NCBI GenBank assembly: GCA_030141605.1
Contig: JAQGDQ010000656.1
Location: forward strand, 54,041-118,040
Reading direction: 5' to 3'
Length of the DNA stretch: 64,000 bases
Source of the DNA: Tubiluchus corallicola
Taxonomy: Eukaryota; Animalia; Priapulida
Shown: positions 25,980 to 39,067 of the stretch, piece after piece
How positions within the stretch are numbered: position 1 is the stretch's first letter
How the letters are laid out: each line of letters begins with the position of its first letter
Made by a program: the position numbers and the translations under genes
Notes under the pieces: model-generated
The model's database searches: none
Told to the model about the DNA's origin: nothing
What the model saw: the letters and a program-made list of their open reading frames with translations, nothing else

Positions 25980-28900
25980 CCATTTTTAATGCCCATTCTT
26001 CTTCCAATGACGTCATTCATTTTGAAGTCTCCTAGTTATGTCATGATTTTCAAGTAAATGACGGCAATATTTTAAATTTATGCTTTACAGACATTCCTTA
26101 TTATATTTTTCTATGTTTAAGTGATAACTGCAAAATAAACCCAACACACTGAGTGATTTGTTCTTTCCTTTAAAGCTTAACTCAATTGAATAACTACTGC
26201 AGAACAAACTTCATGCTCATTTTTCTTTTGTGGAATCCAGTAAAAAAATCACCGAGGATCATTTCTTGAAATTTTTGCCAGCTTTTCTTGCAACCAAATA
26301 CCCCCTCCCATATACAGCTCATGTCTACATATGCGTACATGTCGTTGAGAAAGACGTATATATACATTCAAGAATGTAGACGGCTATCTTTCACAGTGAG
26401 CTAGATACCAGTCTCGCCACAAACATCAACATGGAATAAGACCGGCCACACTTATTGTACATTTTGCAAATAGTCAGTTTAATTAAGTCTATCGAGTTTG
26501 AAAAGGCAAAAATCTAAGTGCAGGACCCCCTCACTTCGTGCTTGGCTAGTTTCACAAACTGATGTTCCTTATTTACTAGACACTGGGCTTCAATCAAAGG
26601 ACTTTTAAAACACAATATCAATCGGTTATTAAACGATCAATGATCCTGAAAATTTAGCAGGACAACACTGCAACCGAATTTATAAATAATACCCCCGCAT
26701 ACACGTTGTTGGGCCACTTCTACTTCAATAGCTTATCAAGCTAGGTTCCAGTGTTGCCACAAACATGAAGTATTGGTACTACAACTGAAGGCAAGATTCT
26801 GCCTTGCAAAGATGTATAAAATTCATTTTGACCTATTCCTTCTCCCGCACCCCCATTCCCTGCCCCATCTCACCCATTAGATGCATTGTATACGTCCTCT
26901 CTCTCTCACACACACTCTCTCTCTCCCTCTCGCCCCCCCCTCAATTGCTAGACTAATTGCCAAAGAAATCTATGAAGAGCAAACATAACTGGAAAAAGAA
27001 AAATTAATATGTCGGATACCAACAATATCTTTAAGATTGTCCAGTTAAGCAGTATGAAACTCAAGGATGCATTTCACTTCCAACATATGACGTTATGACA
27101 GTACCATAGAAAACCATAGACAGAACCCGTTTCTTGCTGAAACTGAGCATCAATGTATAACAGCTACAACCTGCCAGACACTAATCGAAGGATGACAACT
27201 TCCTGTAAATAGAAATTTCTATTGAGTGTTATTTTATTTCGAAAGTCAACAAACAAGTCGACAGTCACAGGATTACTAAAGGGTTATTAGCATAAATTGA
27301 GCTACGAAATTCATCAATTTAATGAACGAAACTTAAACAAAAACTTCACACCTTACGCACTGTTGGCTATTTTTACCAATTAAGTTCAAATTTCCGGTCA
27401 AATTGTGGCATTATATTGACCACGCACTCTAAATCTGAATTAAACCTGCTATTGTCCACTTCAGAATATTCACCACTTTTTGAACAATGACGTCACTTAG
27501 CCATTACTATTACTATTAACTATTACATTTACTATTTTAGAGATTGTTGAAATTAATGCGCATGCATTATGCCACAAGTAATCAGCCTCAACTTGTCTAT
27601 CTTGTCGGTCTCCGTCACCTCTGTTAACCTAAACACATTCTCCCTTCATTTACAATAAAATTAATGAAGTTCTCAGATAGAACTACAATCTTAAAATTAT
27701 GCTTCACTAATTATGATCATAACTATAAGAATTAAGCCTCGTTTCAAATTTGTACATAAGAAAATCGGTTGGCAAACATTTCTTGGCAAAAATGGTATGA
27801 CCTTCTATGGCACAAAATCTGTTAATTTAGCATGTCCTGCTAGCGACGGTCCAGATATAGTGCACATTGGAAGTGGTTGTGTTCAGGTAGGTAAGCCTGA
27901 CGAGTTCAACTCTAGAAACATCCTAGGAAGTTTCTTAACTGTATGCATATATCAACATATAAGAGCATATCTTTAATTAAGACTGTGGCATTAAAAAATA
28001 AAACTCAAGGATCCCTCACTTTCAACATGTGATCTCCTCATTGCCTCGTCTGCCAACTCATTTCGGAGGTCTCACAATCGAATTGAAACTGCTCTCGCCT
28101 GAAATTCGGATCCTCCTAAATTTCACAAGCAGCTGCTGCCACCTGCCAGACACTAATCATAACACATGAATATTTATTAAGTTTACTAGGATTACAGATG
28201 AGATTAAAGTAAGTTGTACTACTTTGCATTAATGTAACAGTTCACCTACTGCTATTCAATAGAGCATTCAATGCTGAAATACACACATTTAACTTTGATT
28301 AAATTTTCACGAACTGATTTAAACTGGTCAATATTTCCAAAACGCAATATGCATTTATTCAGCTTGTTAAGTGTGACGTGTTCTTATCTGTGGCTAACAT
28401 TTTAATGTTTGGTCTTACTAAGATTTCCCTTATTATTTAAGCGGGCTCACCACGAGGTAGAAGTTACGTAATATGGGATTTGCTTTGTTCACATGGTTAT
28501 CTAAACTGATGCTCATTTAATAAACGTTTGTTTTAGTATTCACTATTTATTCAACTGCTGTGGCTGTATCTTGCAAACGTTACATTAAGTGGAACTTACT
28601 TTTGAGGCGGCCTATATGTCACCTACCGGAGAGTTCAATAAATTCCACTAAAACTCATAGTAACATGACCTCTTCTTGAAACTAGAAAAATGGTGGAATG
28701 ACTACATCATGCTATCTTGATGTCATCTCATGGGCCTCAGCCATTTTAGTTCGTTTTTCACAGAAAAAAATTATTTCCTAAAACTACCAGTGCCAGACAG
28801 AAATCACGAGTTATATGGAATAATCTGCAAAGACTCGATATCAAGAAAAACCTACTAGCTGTTACAACATTGCAGCAAACAGTTAAACCACGATGACATT

Positions 28901-29068
28901 CTGAGGATGTCCTATGGAGGTGAGACTTGCGTTTTGCTTCGTCTTTTCCAGATAAAAGGAATTTCCTAAACCTATCAGCATTGTTTTGTCCACCAGAAGT
29001 CACCAGGTATGGGCATAGACAATTCTTGTACTTTGGTAGGCAATTCATTGTAAAGATTTGCTAGTAAA

Positions 29069-29752
29069 AACAGATATATTTAATTAGCCATGCTCAGATA
29101 TATGAATTAGAATTACTTATATATTGAAATGCAACTCATTTGCCAGTAAAGATGTTGAGAAATAATCCTCAGTGATTTTGCATTATAAAAAATTATTCCA
29201 GTTTAGTGTTTTAAACAATTTTGCATGCTGTTTTCATAGGCACAGTCATCGCTTTGATACTGGAATATGTGAAAGCATCCTGTCAGTTTATTTGCCCTTG
29301 CTCATAAATAATTCACACATCGGACGACACGTTTGAACTTTTTAGCTAAAATGACAAGTTTGAACTTTCTGGATAAATTTTCTTCCTTCACACGAAAAAA
29401 TGAAACACGTTTTGATATCAAACAAAGCTTCCTGTAAACACAGTACCCAAGTTAGTACGTTTTAGTATAATAGCCAATCCGTAAGTTAGCATGAAAGACA
29501 TTCAGGCTGTTAATATGAACGTAGAGCTGTTAGAAAAACACACTGTACTTACATGAAGCTTTTCAAAACATTTACTATATGTCTACAAAACAGTATGCAA
29601 AATTGTTCAAAACATTAAACTAGAATAACTTTTTGTAATGCAAAATCGCTGAGGATTATCTCTCAACATTTTTACTGGCAAATGAGTCGCATTCTGATGT
29701 ATAAATAATTCCTATGCCTATATCTGAGCATGGCTAATTAAATACATCTGTT
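29069..29752. repeat. Long inverted repeat, ~175-bp arms
   Basis: AACAGATATATTTAATTAGCCATGCTCAGATATA... pairs with ...TATATCTGAGCATGGCTAATTAAATACATCTGTT. Confidence 0.88.
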
Positions 29753-30365
29753 GATTCAGTGCCTCAACAAGGTGTTAAACGAATGATGAGCTAGGTTTTA
29801 GTCTTGCCGCAAACACTAACTCCTGTTATTGACATGGATGTTGGATTGTGGATTGCTGTATGCTCAACTGTACAGAAATGACACATTAATAAACTGATTC
29901 TATCACAAGTGGCTTCTTACGGGAAATTTTCTCAAATCCAACCTCTCTCTCTCAAATTGTTAGACTAATGCCAAATAAAACCTACTAAGCAAACATTGTA
30001 CACAAATCTTGGACTTACTACACTCATCCACGCACATGAAAACGATTCTGGTTTATTAAAAACCTAACTGCATCGTTGTTTCTAAAATGTCCTCACATTA
30101 TGCTTCTATACTACTAAAAGCCCACTTTTAAAATTGACTCTCCCGCCCCGATTTTGTGTCCAAGAAAGTTTCACAAACTGCTGCTGCCACCTACCAGATG
30201 ATAATCACAAAATGTCTGTAAATTTATTTTCCTGTAAATACAAAAAGCTGCATTTTATTGTTTCAACTGAAAGTCAACTGATGTCCCACTGATCTGATAA
30301 ACTACGAACTAGTATCTCAAGGTCATTCTTTCTAATTTTTGTACTAATGCCAAAAAGAAAACTGA

Positions 30366-31247
30366 CTGGACAAACTTGACTGAATACAAATCTTCTATGT
30401 ACTACGTTCCCTGAAGAAATGGTCGAGTAATACTACACCACGCACAAGGAAGCAATTTAAATTCTGGACAAACTTGACTGAATACAAATCTTCTATGTAC
30501 TACGTTCCCTGAAGAAATGGTCGAGTAATACTACACCACGCACAAGGAAGCAATTTAAATTCTGGACAAACTTGACTGAATACAAATCTTCTATGTACTA
30601 CGTTCCCTGAAGAAATGGTCCAGTAATACTACACCACGCACAAGGAAGCAATTTAAATTCTGGACAAACTTGACTGAATACAAATCTTCTATGTACTACG
30701 TTCCCTGAAGAAATGGTCCAGTAATACTACACCACGCACAAGGAAGCAATTTAAATTCTGGACAAACTTGACTGAATACAAATCTTCTATGTACTACGTT
30801 CCCTGAAGAAATGGTCCAGTAATACTACACCACGCACAAGGAAGCAATTTAAATTCTGGACAAACTTGACTGAATACAAAACTTCTATGTACTATGTTCC
30901 CTGAAGAAATGGTCCAGTAATACTACACCACGCACAAGGAAGCAATTTAAATTCTGGACAAACTTGACTGAATACAAATCTTCTATGTACTACGTTCCCT
31001 GAAGAAATGGTCCAGTAATACTACACCACGCACAAGGAAGCAATTTAAATTCTGGACAAACTTGACTGAATACAAATCTTCTATGTACTACGTTCCCTGA
31101 AGAAATGGTCCAGTAATACTACACCACGCACAAGGAAGCAATTTAAATTCTGGACAAACTTGACTGAATACAAATCTTCTATGTACTACGTTCCCTGAAG
31201 AAATGGTCCAGTAATACTACACCACGCACAAGGAAGCAATTTAAATT
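30366..31247. repeat. 98-bp tandem repeat, 9 near-identical copies
   Basis: CTGGACAAAC recurs at 30366, 30464, 30562 ... 31150. Confidence 0.97.
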
Positions 31248-33639
31248 AAAAAATCCTGATATCTAATATGTTTTCACACAATGTTTCTGAACTATGTGAA
31301 CTTCTTGCATTGAAAGTGAAGCATATTTTTAATCCGTTATTTCGAATCCTTTAGCTCGATTAAAATTTGCAGACAAAGTAGTTTCACAAACTCGTGCTGC
31401 CACCTACCAGACACACGATACTACGAAACAAAACTATAAACTTCCCTGTAAATAAAGCTGGCACTTTATCATTTACTCCTGAAAGTCGCAGGCTATAATG
31501 GGTAGGGTTAGCAAGAAGTTACTAAATTCATGCAACTATTTTAGTCAGTTTTACAACAACAATTACAGCACTTGCTGCTGGAAGAGTTTTTCACTGTCTT
31601 CCTTGTTCAAGAAATGTTCTGCAAACTCTGCAAAAGTATAAAGTACAAAATGGAGATATAAGACAGCAGATACTTCAATCAGCTCACAGAAAAATAGACC
31701 AGTTAATTTTTTGTGCTTGTTTGAGTAAAATCCCTACACAGATTCTGTTTTACGCTTAGCAGGATCAAAACTAATTTGATGATCTAAACATTTACCTTCA
31801 CATTATTAATTGATAAGAAATACACTCGAAATACATAAGATTCATGATCTGTGCTTGACTTCATAGAACTGACAAAACAAACCAAGCAACATACACGCCC
31901 CTGGTAATTTTTAAAAAAGAAGTACTTTCCACCCTCGTTTCCACTGCATTATGTTCTCAGATAAATTTACCATCTTAACAATTGTGACGAAATTAATGTG
32001 CACAGGTTGTGATTCCAGCCACAAGTATTAAGCATCAACTTTCAGGCCTTCTGTATTGTACCACGTCTGTTAATCTAGAAAATCCTACTAACGGTGGTCA
32101 AGTTCTAATGCAACATGTGTGTGGGAAACTATTCTGTTCAATTAGACAACTTTATCCACATATTTTTAATTAAAACTGTCGCAAAGGATATCCGTTACTT
32201 TCAGCGGTCACCACATTGTCTCACATGCCATTTCAGTGCGAGGTGTCACCTTCGAATCCTTTAGCTTGAAATTCACATCCTGCTAAGTTTGCAAATTGCT
32301 GCTGCCACCTGCAAGATACTGATCACAAAACATGAATATTTCTTTTTGAAATAACAAGGAAGTTTTGTCATTAACCTTTTGCCATTTCGAACATCGGCTC
32401 CAACATCAAACCAACCTTGCAAACCAAACCAAGTGTCTATACTATAAAACTATAAAAACAAAAGTACACGACTCGTACAGAAACTTACATGGTAAAAGAG
32501 TAGCAAAAACTATCAAAAAGTATTAAAATTCACAATATTTCGTAAGTCACCATCATGTCATCATGTAGACAAATTTGTAGATATGTAATATAGTATTTTA
32601 ATGCTTTTATTCTTATGATTTTTAACTAACTGACAATTGCGCACATCAGTCTGTCACTGACTGGTTATACACTGATTTTGTGTATAATGTAATTTGTTTT
32701 ACTCTGTACTAGTGTATAATTTTTGCAATAAAGATTTCTATATATATATATATATATATATACCTATATAAGCTCTAATAATCCGCATTAATTCAACCAA
32801 AGGATATACTACGATTCACAGCAATTCAGTTTTAAAACACACTATATATAGGCTAATTTTGACTAGTTTCTGTGAATCGAAAATCTAAACTGGATAATGT
32901 TTCCTAAACAATGATGGCTATTTCTTCGTCAAGGCTGTCACCATGCAGCGACATTTATCAATGAGTTGTCATATACAATGCTCCAGATTTCTAAATCACA
33001 GGTTTTGAAATACATTACGACACGATCACTCTGCCTACCAGAATTAAGATTGCAGCTAGTGTGATTCAATATCAGAAAGCGAGATCTGTAAAACCAAAAT
33101 TGTTGCTTCAGTGATGGACTGTGGCTTTTGCAAAATATCATAGTTATCGATACAAGAAATTGTAAATTTTAATACGTATATTATTTTATATTAAGCAGAA
33201 CTGTTTGATCACTGTAGATACACACTTTTGAAACAACATACAATGGGCTTGCAGCAAAGTTCAATAAATTTCTCTAAAATTCATAGCCGGGAACTTCTTA
33301 CTACTTGCTAACATTTTTTTTCGCAGCCTACTTGAATCAGAAGCAGGAATATACCAAACACATAGGTAGCAAATAAACGTATATATGAATAGACTATAAT
33401 TCTTTCAACCACTTGCATAACCTTAAAGCTCGACTGAAATATACCCCAGCAAAAAATGTTAACTCTATTGTGTGAAATAACAAAATTTTAAGCTAATTTA
33501 ATAATGGCTCCTTTAAGCTAACTGCATTACACACTGATGTTGCCCAAATGGGAAATCTGCTCCTGCCTTTCCTCTTAAAAAGTACATTTTCTAAAAGTTT
33601 CGGTGCAATTGTGTCAGCCAGAAACCATCAACGCACATG

Positions 33640-34235
33640 CGTAGACAATTACCCCAATTTGGCACACAATTCATTGTAAATTTTGGCCAGCAAAAATACC
33701 GAGAAATTATCTATGACGCAAGTTAAAATTAAATTACAAAAAAGGAAAAATCTTTCGGCAACTTTACCAGTAAACAGTTCAAATTACCAAATCGCCATTC
33801 ATTTGACATTAGCTTGTGGTTCAGTTAAGAACTTCATTGTGGTTAAATTTTCTTTTTACTATGCCCATAATGAAATCAAAACAATCTCTCATCAATGCTC
33901 CCTATAAACACAGTACTTAAGTTAGTACATGTCAAGTGTTAGTATGGAAGAAGGACTGTTAACACGAACGTTAATTCTAGAGCAGTTAGGAAGACATGCT
34001 GTATTTACAGGAAGCATTTAAACATGCTGACTATGAAAACTGTAAGCAAAATTGTCTAAATTTAAAACTTTATAATAGGCAAAGTCATTAACTGCCGCGC
34101 TAGTCATGCTGCGACCTTGTTAAAGTTTAATTGATTTGATGGTTTACTGCAAAATAAATATCAGACTGATTTGACAATTTCTCAGTTTTTTCTAGCAAAT
34201 GAATTACATACCAATGTACAAGCAACGTCCATGCA
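33640..34235. repeat. Old foldback element, paralogous to 29013-29752
   Basis: Imperfect terminal arms; the core AAACACAGTAC..AAGTTAGTAC ... GTATTTACAGGAAGC is shared with 29430-29560. Confidence 0.6.
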
Positions 34236-34439
34236 TGTTATATACGTGTGTGTGTGTGTGTGCGTGCGTGCGTGTGTGTATATATATCTAAGCCTGGTTA
34301 ATACCTCTGTTGGTACATCTTAAAGGATAATCCTTAATAATGAGCTAGATTTCTGTCTTGCCACAAACAACAACGATCAGTACACCCCCTACCACAGTTA
34401 CCGAGATTCTGGCTTGCAGAACACCCTGCACAGTACTGG

Positions 34440-34965
34440 CTTATTACTGCATTATTTACCATTCACGTTTACTTGAACCTACTCCTTGACCCTCCACTGT
34501 ACTGTTTAGTTTCTTCCTGCAATCATTCACGTTTACTTGAACCTGCTCCTTGATCCTCCACTATACTGTTTAGTTTCTTCCTGCAATCATTCACGTTTAC
34601 TTGAACCTGCTCCTTGATCCTCCACTATACTGTTTAGTTTCTTACTGCAATCATTCACGTTTACTTGAACCTGCTCCTTGATCCTCCACTGTACTGTTTA
34701 GTTTCTTCCTGCAATCATTCACATTTGATTGGACCTGCTCCTTGATCTCCCTCCCTCTGCATTGTGCAGTTTCTTACTGTAATCGTTCACATTTACTTGG
34801 CCTGCTCCTTGATCTCCCCTCAACTGCTTTCAACAGTTTCTTACTGTAATCGTTCACATTTGCTTAGACCTGCTCCTTGATCTTCCTTCTACTGCATCGT
34901 GCAGTTTCTTACTGGAATTGTTCACGTTTACTTGAACCTATCCTCAATCTCCCTTCCTTTACATC
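34440..34965. repeat. 64-68-bp minisatellite, ~8 copies
   Basis: Unit ATTCACGTTTACTTGAACCTGCTCCTTGATCCTCCACTRTACTGTTTAGTTTCTTCCTGCAATC. Confidence 0.93.
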
Positions 34966-36555
34966 CACTGACAGGAACCCCATGCAAGATCTATTATTTG
35001 ATAGCCAAAACTTCTCTCTCAAGTTGTCAGACCAAAACTAAAAGTAAACCTACTGGATAAATGACTGGACACAGATATCGTTGCTGCACTAGTCTTTCCT
35101 GTTCAATAGAGGTGGTCCGTTTCTATGGCAACGTGCACATGGAAGCGAATTTGCTTAATTAGAAAATGTTCAACCTAATTAAAATTTACAAAACTGATTT
35201 CAAATAGCCGCACATAATATTTCTAAGTCGTTTAAAATACTTAGAATTTCAATAAAGGAACTCTTTGGGGTTTGCCTGCCAGCTCAGAGTTTTAACATGA
35301 AACTGACTTGAAATTTGCACCCAACACTGTTTTAACAAACTGCTGCTGTTTCCTGTCAGAGCACAAAATGAAGACCGTAATTTCTTTCCTGTAAATAGAA
35401 GTAGTGCCACTTTATTGCTTTGTCATTTTGAAATTAAACGCTCCGTTTTATCGTTTTGAAAATTTGCTGTCGAAAATTACAGGCTTTTAGCAATTGGATT
35501 TACACATATTAATGAAATTCATGAAAACATTTTAATTATTTTAACAGTTACAATGAACCCTGCTGCAGGAAGAGGTTGTCAGTTCAGTCCCATTCTGTAG
35601 AAATAAAGTGCATCACATTGAAACAAGACCAGTAGACCATGGACTAGCAATTAAAACCTCTAGTTCAGTTTTAAGTTTTATTTTGATGGCTGGTAGGAGG
35701 CTGTCACATCAGCTAGTCTGACGACGATTTTTCTTCAGAATTGCGCAGAGTCAACTTCACCAACGTATTTTGATGACGTCACTTGTTGCTATCTAACATG
35801 GATTTTACTGGTACTGATGCAAAAATACATAATGAATAAATGATACAACAGTGTAAGAATTCAGCAAACCTGCCTATGGTCACTTGTAAATGAGCAACAC
35901 ACACACCCTGGAACGGCACACCCGCCTTAAGTGAGGCAACACTGTATTTTGATTACGCATATTATGTCATCATATGCATGAAACATCCAGACTAAGTCAG
36001 TGAACATACTTTAACAGTTTGGTGAGACTCACTTCGTCATGACATTCTGATAATGTTCTATCATTAACAGACTGTAATTTCCGATATATACATTGACTTT
36101 TGAGATGATAAAACGGTGAAGTGGAACTCTTCTTATTCATGGAAAAAAATTTGCAAGCAAAAATGGCACAAATAGAAAAGTAGGAAAACGGCACGCGGTA
36201 TTCTGATGCAAATAATTTCTATAGTAAAACTAGAATATACTCAGTAGAAACTAGAAAGGCAAAGGTGATTGTTTTGATAGGAATAATAAAGCAAATAATT
36301 ATCAAAGCAATAATTGTGGAAACATATAAGCGGTTGCTTAAAATGCTAAATTAAACTGCGAATATGATGTTCAGTATTCACTGTGTACGTAATGCTACAA
36401 AGAATGGCTGGGCCTGTAAGTTAATTATGCAATGTACAAATGACGCTTGATATACAGGCAAAAGTTCCACGATTAAATTGCATCGCAAAAATTTGTGCAA
36501 AGTGTTGGTTTTTCTCATAGACATATTCATCAAATGCCAAAAACCGATGAGAGTC

Positions 36556-37115
36556 AGGAAAAGAAAGACGAATAAGGAGACAGAAAGCAGAAAAATGAAG
36601 CTGGGAACACAAATGTAAGGACGATGTATATAAAAAAGTGTGTGTGTGTGACAGATAGAAAGATGATGAAAGAGAGAAAGAAAGGATGTAAATCTATGTA
36701 TGTTGGCATGTAAAGAATCAAAAGGAGAGAAAGAAAAGAAAGAGGAAAAAGACAGGGGCGGAGGGCAAAGAGAATAAGCAAGCGACGTGACGTGAAGAGT
36801 AGAATATATTATAGTCATCGAGAAAGAGTAAATAAACAGAGGAGACAGTGAGTGAGTGAGTGAGTGAGTGAGTGAGTGAGAGAGAGAGAGAGAAAGGGAA
36901 GGAGGGTGAAAGAGAGAGAGAGAGGGAAAGCAGAGAGAGAGACAGAGAAAGAGATAGAGAGAGGGAGAGGAGAGAGATACAATAAGTGCAAGAGAAAGAG
37001 AGAAATGGAAGGAGAGCGAAACAGAAAAAGAGAGAGGGAACAGAGAACAGGGAAAAGCAAGAGAATAAAACAGTGAATAATAGAATGAAAGAAGAGATAG
37101 AGACATAGAAACAAA
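36556..37115. repeat. Purine-rich (GA/GAGT) low-complexity tract
   Basis: Directly visible; similar tracts at 6180-6395, 41775-41910, 49800-50270, 55730-55905 and 56535-57010. Confidence 0.85.
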
Positions 37116-37524
37116 AACTTTACCAAACATTTCCCATGACATACTACAGGAGGATCTGACACATTAGACGTTGACCTTCAATCCTTACTCGGCTAGAGAT
37201 GGTTCTGAGCACAGAGCGCATGTCCAGTACCTTACATCATTAACAGGGCGGAATCTACCATGTAACAAGTTTGACCACCCTATCTTCAGAAGTCTCCCCT
37301 TTTCATGCCCTGTGCCCAAACTCCTCAAGTAACAAAGTAACTGCAAGTAACAGACTTCATGTTGCTTGCAAGTCTCAATCGAAAACTGAAGTCTGTGCAG
37401 AAAACCTTCTATATTCGAAAATGAGCCAAGGTACCATAGAGTCCCTAAGTCCCATTAGCTAGAGACAAATCTGCTCGAGATATTTTACACTGGTATCTTT
37501 ACCATTAGAATTTCACTTAGCTTT

Positions 37525-38610
37525 TGAAACCACACATGACCGAAAATAAAGAAATGTAAATCCTAGATTTGAACCTGCTGCCACAGATGACCAAAAAGAA
37601 AGAAATGAAATAGTTTTGAATTGAAGCTGCTGCCACATGACCAGAAAAAGGAAATAGTCTAGATTTGAACTAGCTGCCACATGACCAAAAAGAAAGAAAT
37701 GAAATAGTTTTGAATTGAACCTGCTGCCACATGACCAAAAAAAGGAAATAGTCTAGATTTGAACTAGCTGCCACATAACCAAAAAGAAAGTAAGGAAATA
37801 GTTTTGAATTGAACCTGCTGCTACATGACCAAAAAAAGGAAATAGTCTAGATTTGAACTAGCTGCCACATAACCAAAAAAGAAAGAAAGGAAATGGACGA
37901 TGTTGTGTTTCTTTCTCTCAGACATTCTACAACACGATTAATGAAGGAACGCGAAATGTGTACAGACAAGTGATAATCTGAAAACGTGTAAACGATAGTG
38001 TGCGTATCTGAGAATATGAGAATAAACTTGAGCGGCCAGCTCCGCCTTATATATCAGTGCAAATGGACTAAACCAAAACAATCTATCGCATCACGTACAG
38101 AAAATTCTCGAATCTTCCACAAGGTAAGAATATTGTTCTACTATACTATAGAATCTCCACAACAGCTGCCACACTTGACCGAAAATAAAGAAAGGAAATA
38201 GCCTAGATTTGAACCAGCAGCCAAAGCCCAAAAAGAAAGAAATGAAGTAGTCTAGATTTGAACATGCTGCCACATGACCAAAAAAATGAAATAGTCTAGA
38301 TTTGAACCAGCAGCCAAAGCCCAAAAAGAAAGAAATGAAGTAGTCTAGATTTGAAAATGCTGCCACATGACCAAAAAGAAAGAAATGTAAATCCTAGTTT
38401 TGAACCAGCAGCCACAGACAAAAAAGGAAAAAAATGAAAAAGCTAGATTTGAACAAGCTGCTACATGACCAAAAAGAAATGAAATGTAAATCCTAGATTT
38501 GAACCAGCAGCCACATGACTAAAAAATAAAGAAATGAAAAAGCCCTGATTTGAACCTGCTGCCACACATGACCACAAAGAAAGAAATGTAAAAGGCTAGA
38601 TTTGAACCAA
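37525..38610. repeat. ~50-58-bp satellite in two blocks (37525-37893, 38160-38610)
   Basis: Unit CCACATGACCAAAAAGAAAGAAATGAAATAGTCTAGATTTGAACCTGCTG. Confidence 0.92.
37922..38123 (+). other. Candidate 202-nt exon embedded in the satellite
   Basis: Acceptor gtgtttctttctctcag and donor AAG|gtaaga. All frames are closed from the 5' end; an internal ATG frame (MRINLSGQ...IFHK) stays open to the donor. Confidence 0.35.
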
Positions 38611-39067
38611 TTGCATTTAAAATTCAAGAAGGACGATCTGAAAGTGAAATAGATTGTAGTACTTTGTGTGCAGCATAGGGAGTTGCTTTGTCTCTGAAAT
38701 GGACAATTCAGATAAAGTGTCGATAACTATGGCTGCGAAAAATTAGATCGTTTTTGGAAATATTCTTTTGCAAAGACATAATAAAGAGAGAAAAGAGAAC
38801 AAGGACCCCTGAATTAATAGGATTTTCGATTATGGATAATTATAATAATTGGAATAATATCTCTTTTTCGTATAGGAATAAGAATATCTTGCACCCATAC
38901 TTCCATTTGTAAAAAAGCTAGTGCTACAGCAAAAGTATAATTTGAACGTTAGACAATTTGTTGACAACGGGAAATTAACAATTTATACAAGTGAACATAG
39001 GATTGTGCTAGAATAACTTCCCATATCCTTGGGGTTGTGCTAGAGTAACTTCCCATCTCCTTGAGGT

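Larger units (their letters stand above)
23370..35800. repeat. Ancient higher-order tandem array of non-coding units with ordered conserved blocks and foldback elements
   Basis: Block 1 (GAGCTAG...GCCACAAACA) x5, block 2 (CTCTCAA.TTG.TAGAC...GCCAAA) x4, block 3 (AGTTTCACAA.CTGCTGCTGCCACCTRCCAGA) x7-8, all in the same orientation and order. Confidence 0.8.

Noticed and set aside
30366-31247. CRISPR array
   Set aside because: Head-to-tail identical units with no spacers.
23521-35400. Array blocks as a miRNA, snoRNA or SL-RNA cluster
   Set aside because: I found no consistent pre-miRNA hairpin, paired C/D boxes or Sm site; resemblances to known seeds occur in single copies only.
36378-37162. 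254-aa and other hydrophobic ORFs (also 49673-50341 and 56531-57103)
   Set aside because: Antisense translations of GA-rich low-complexity DNA.
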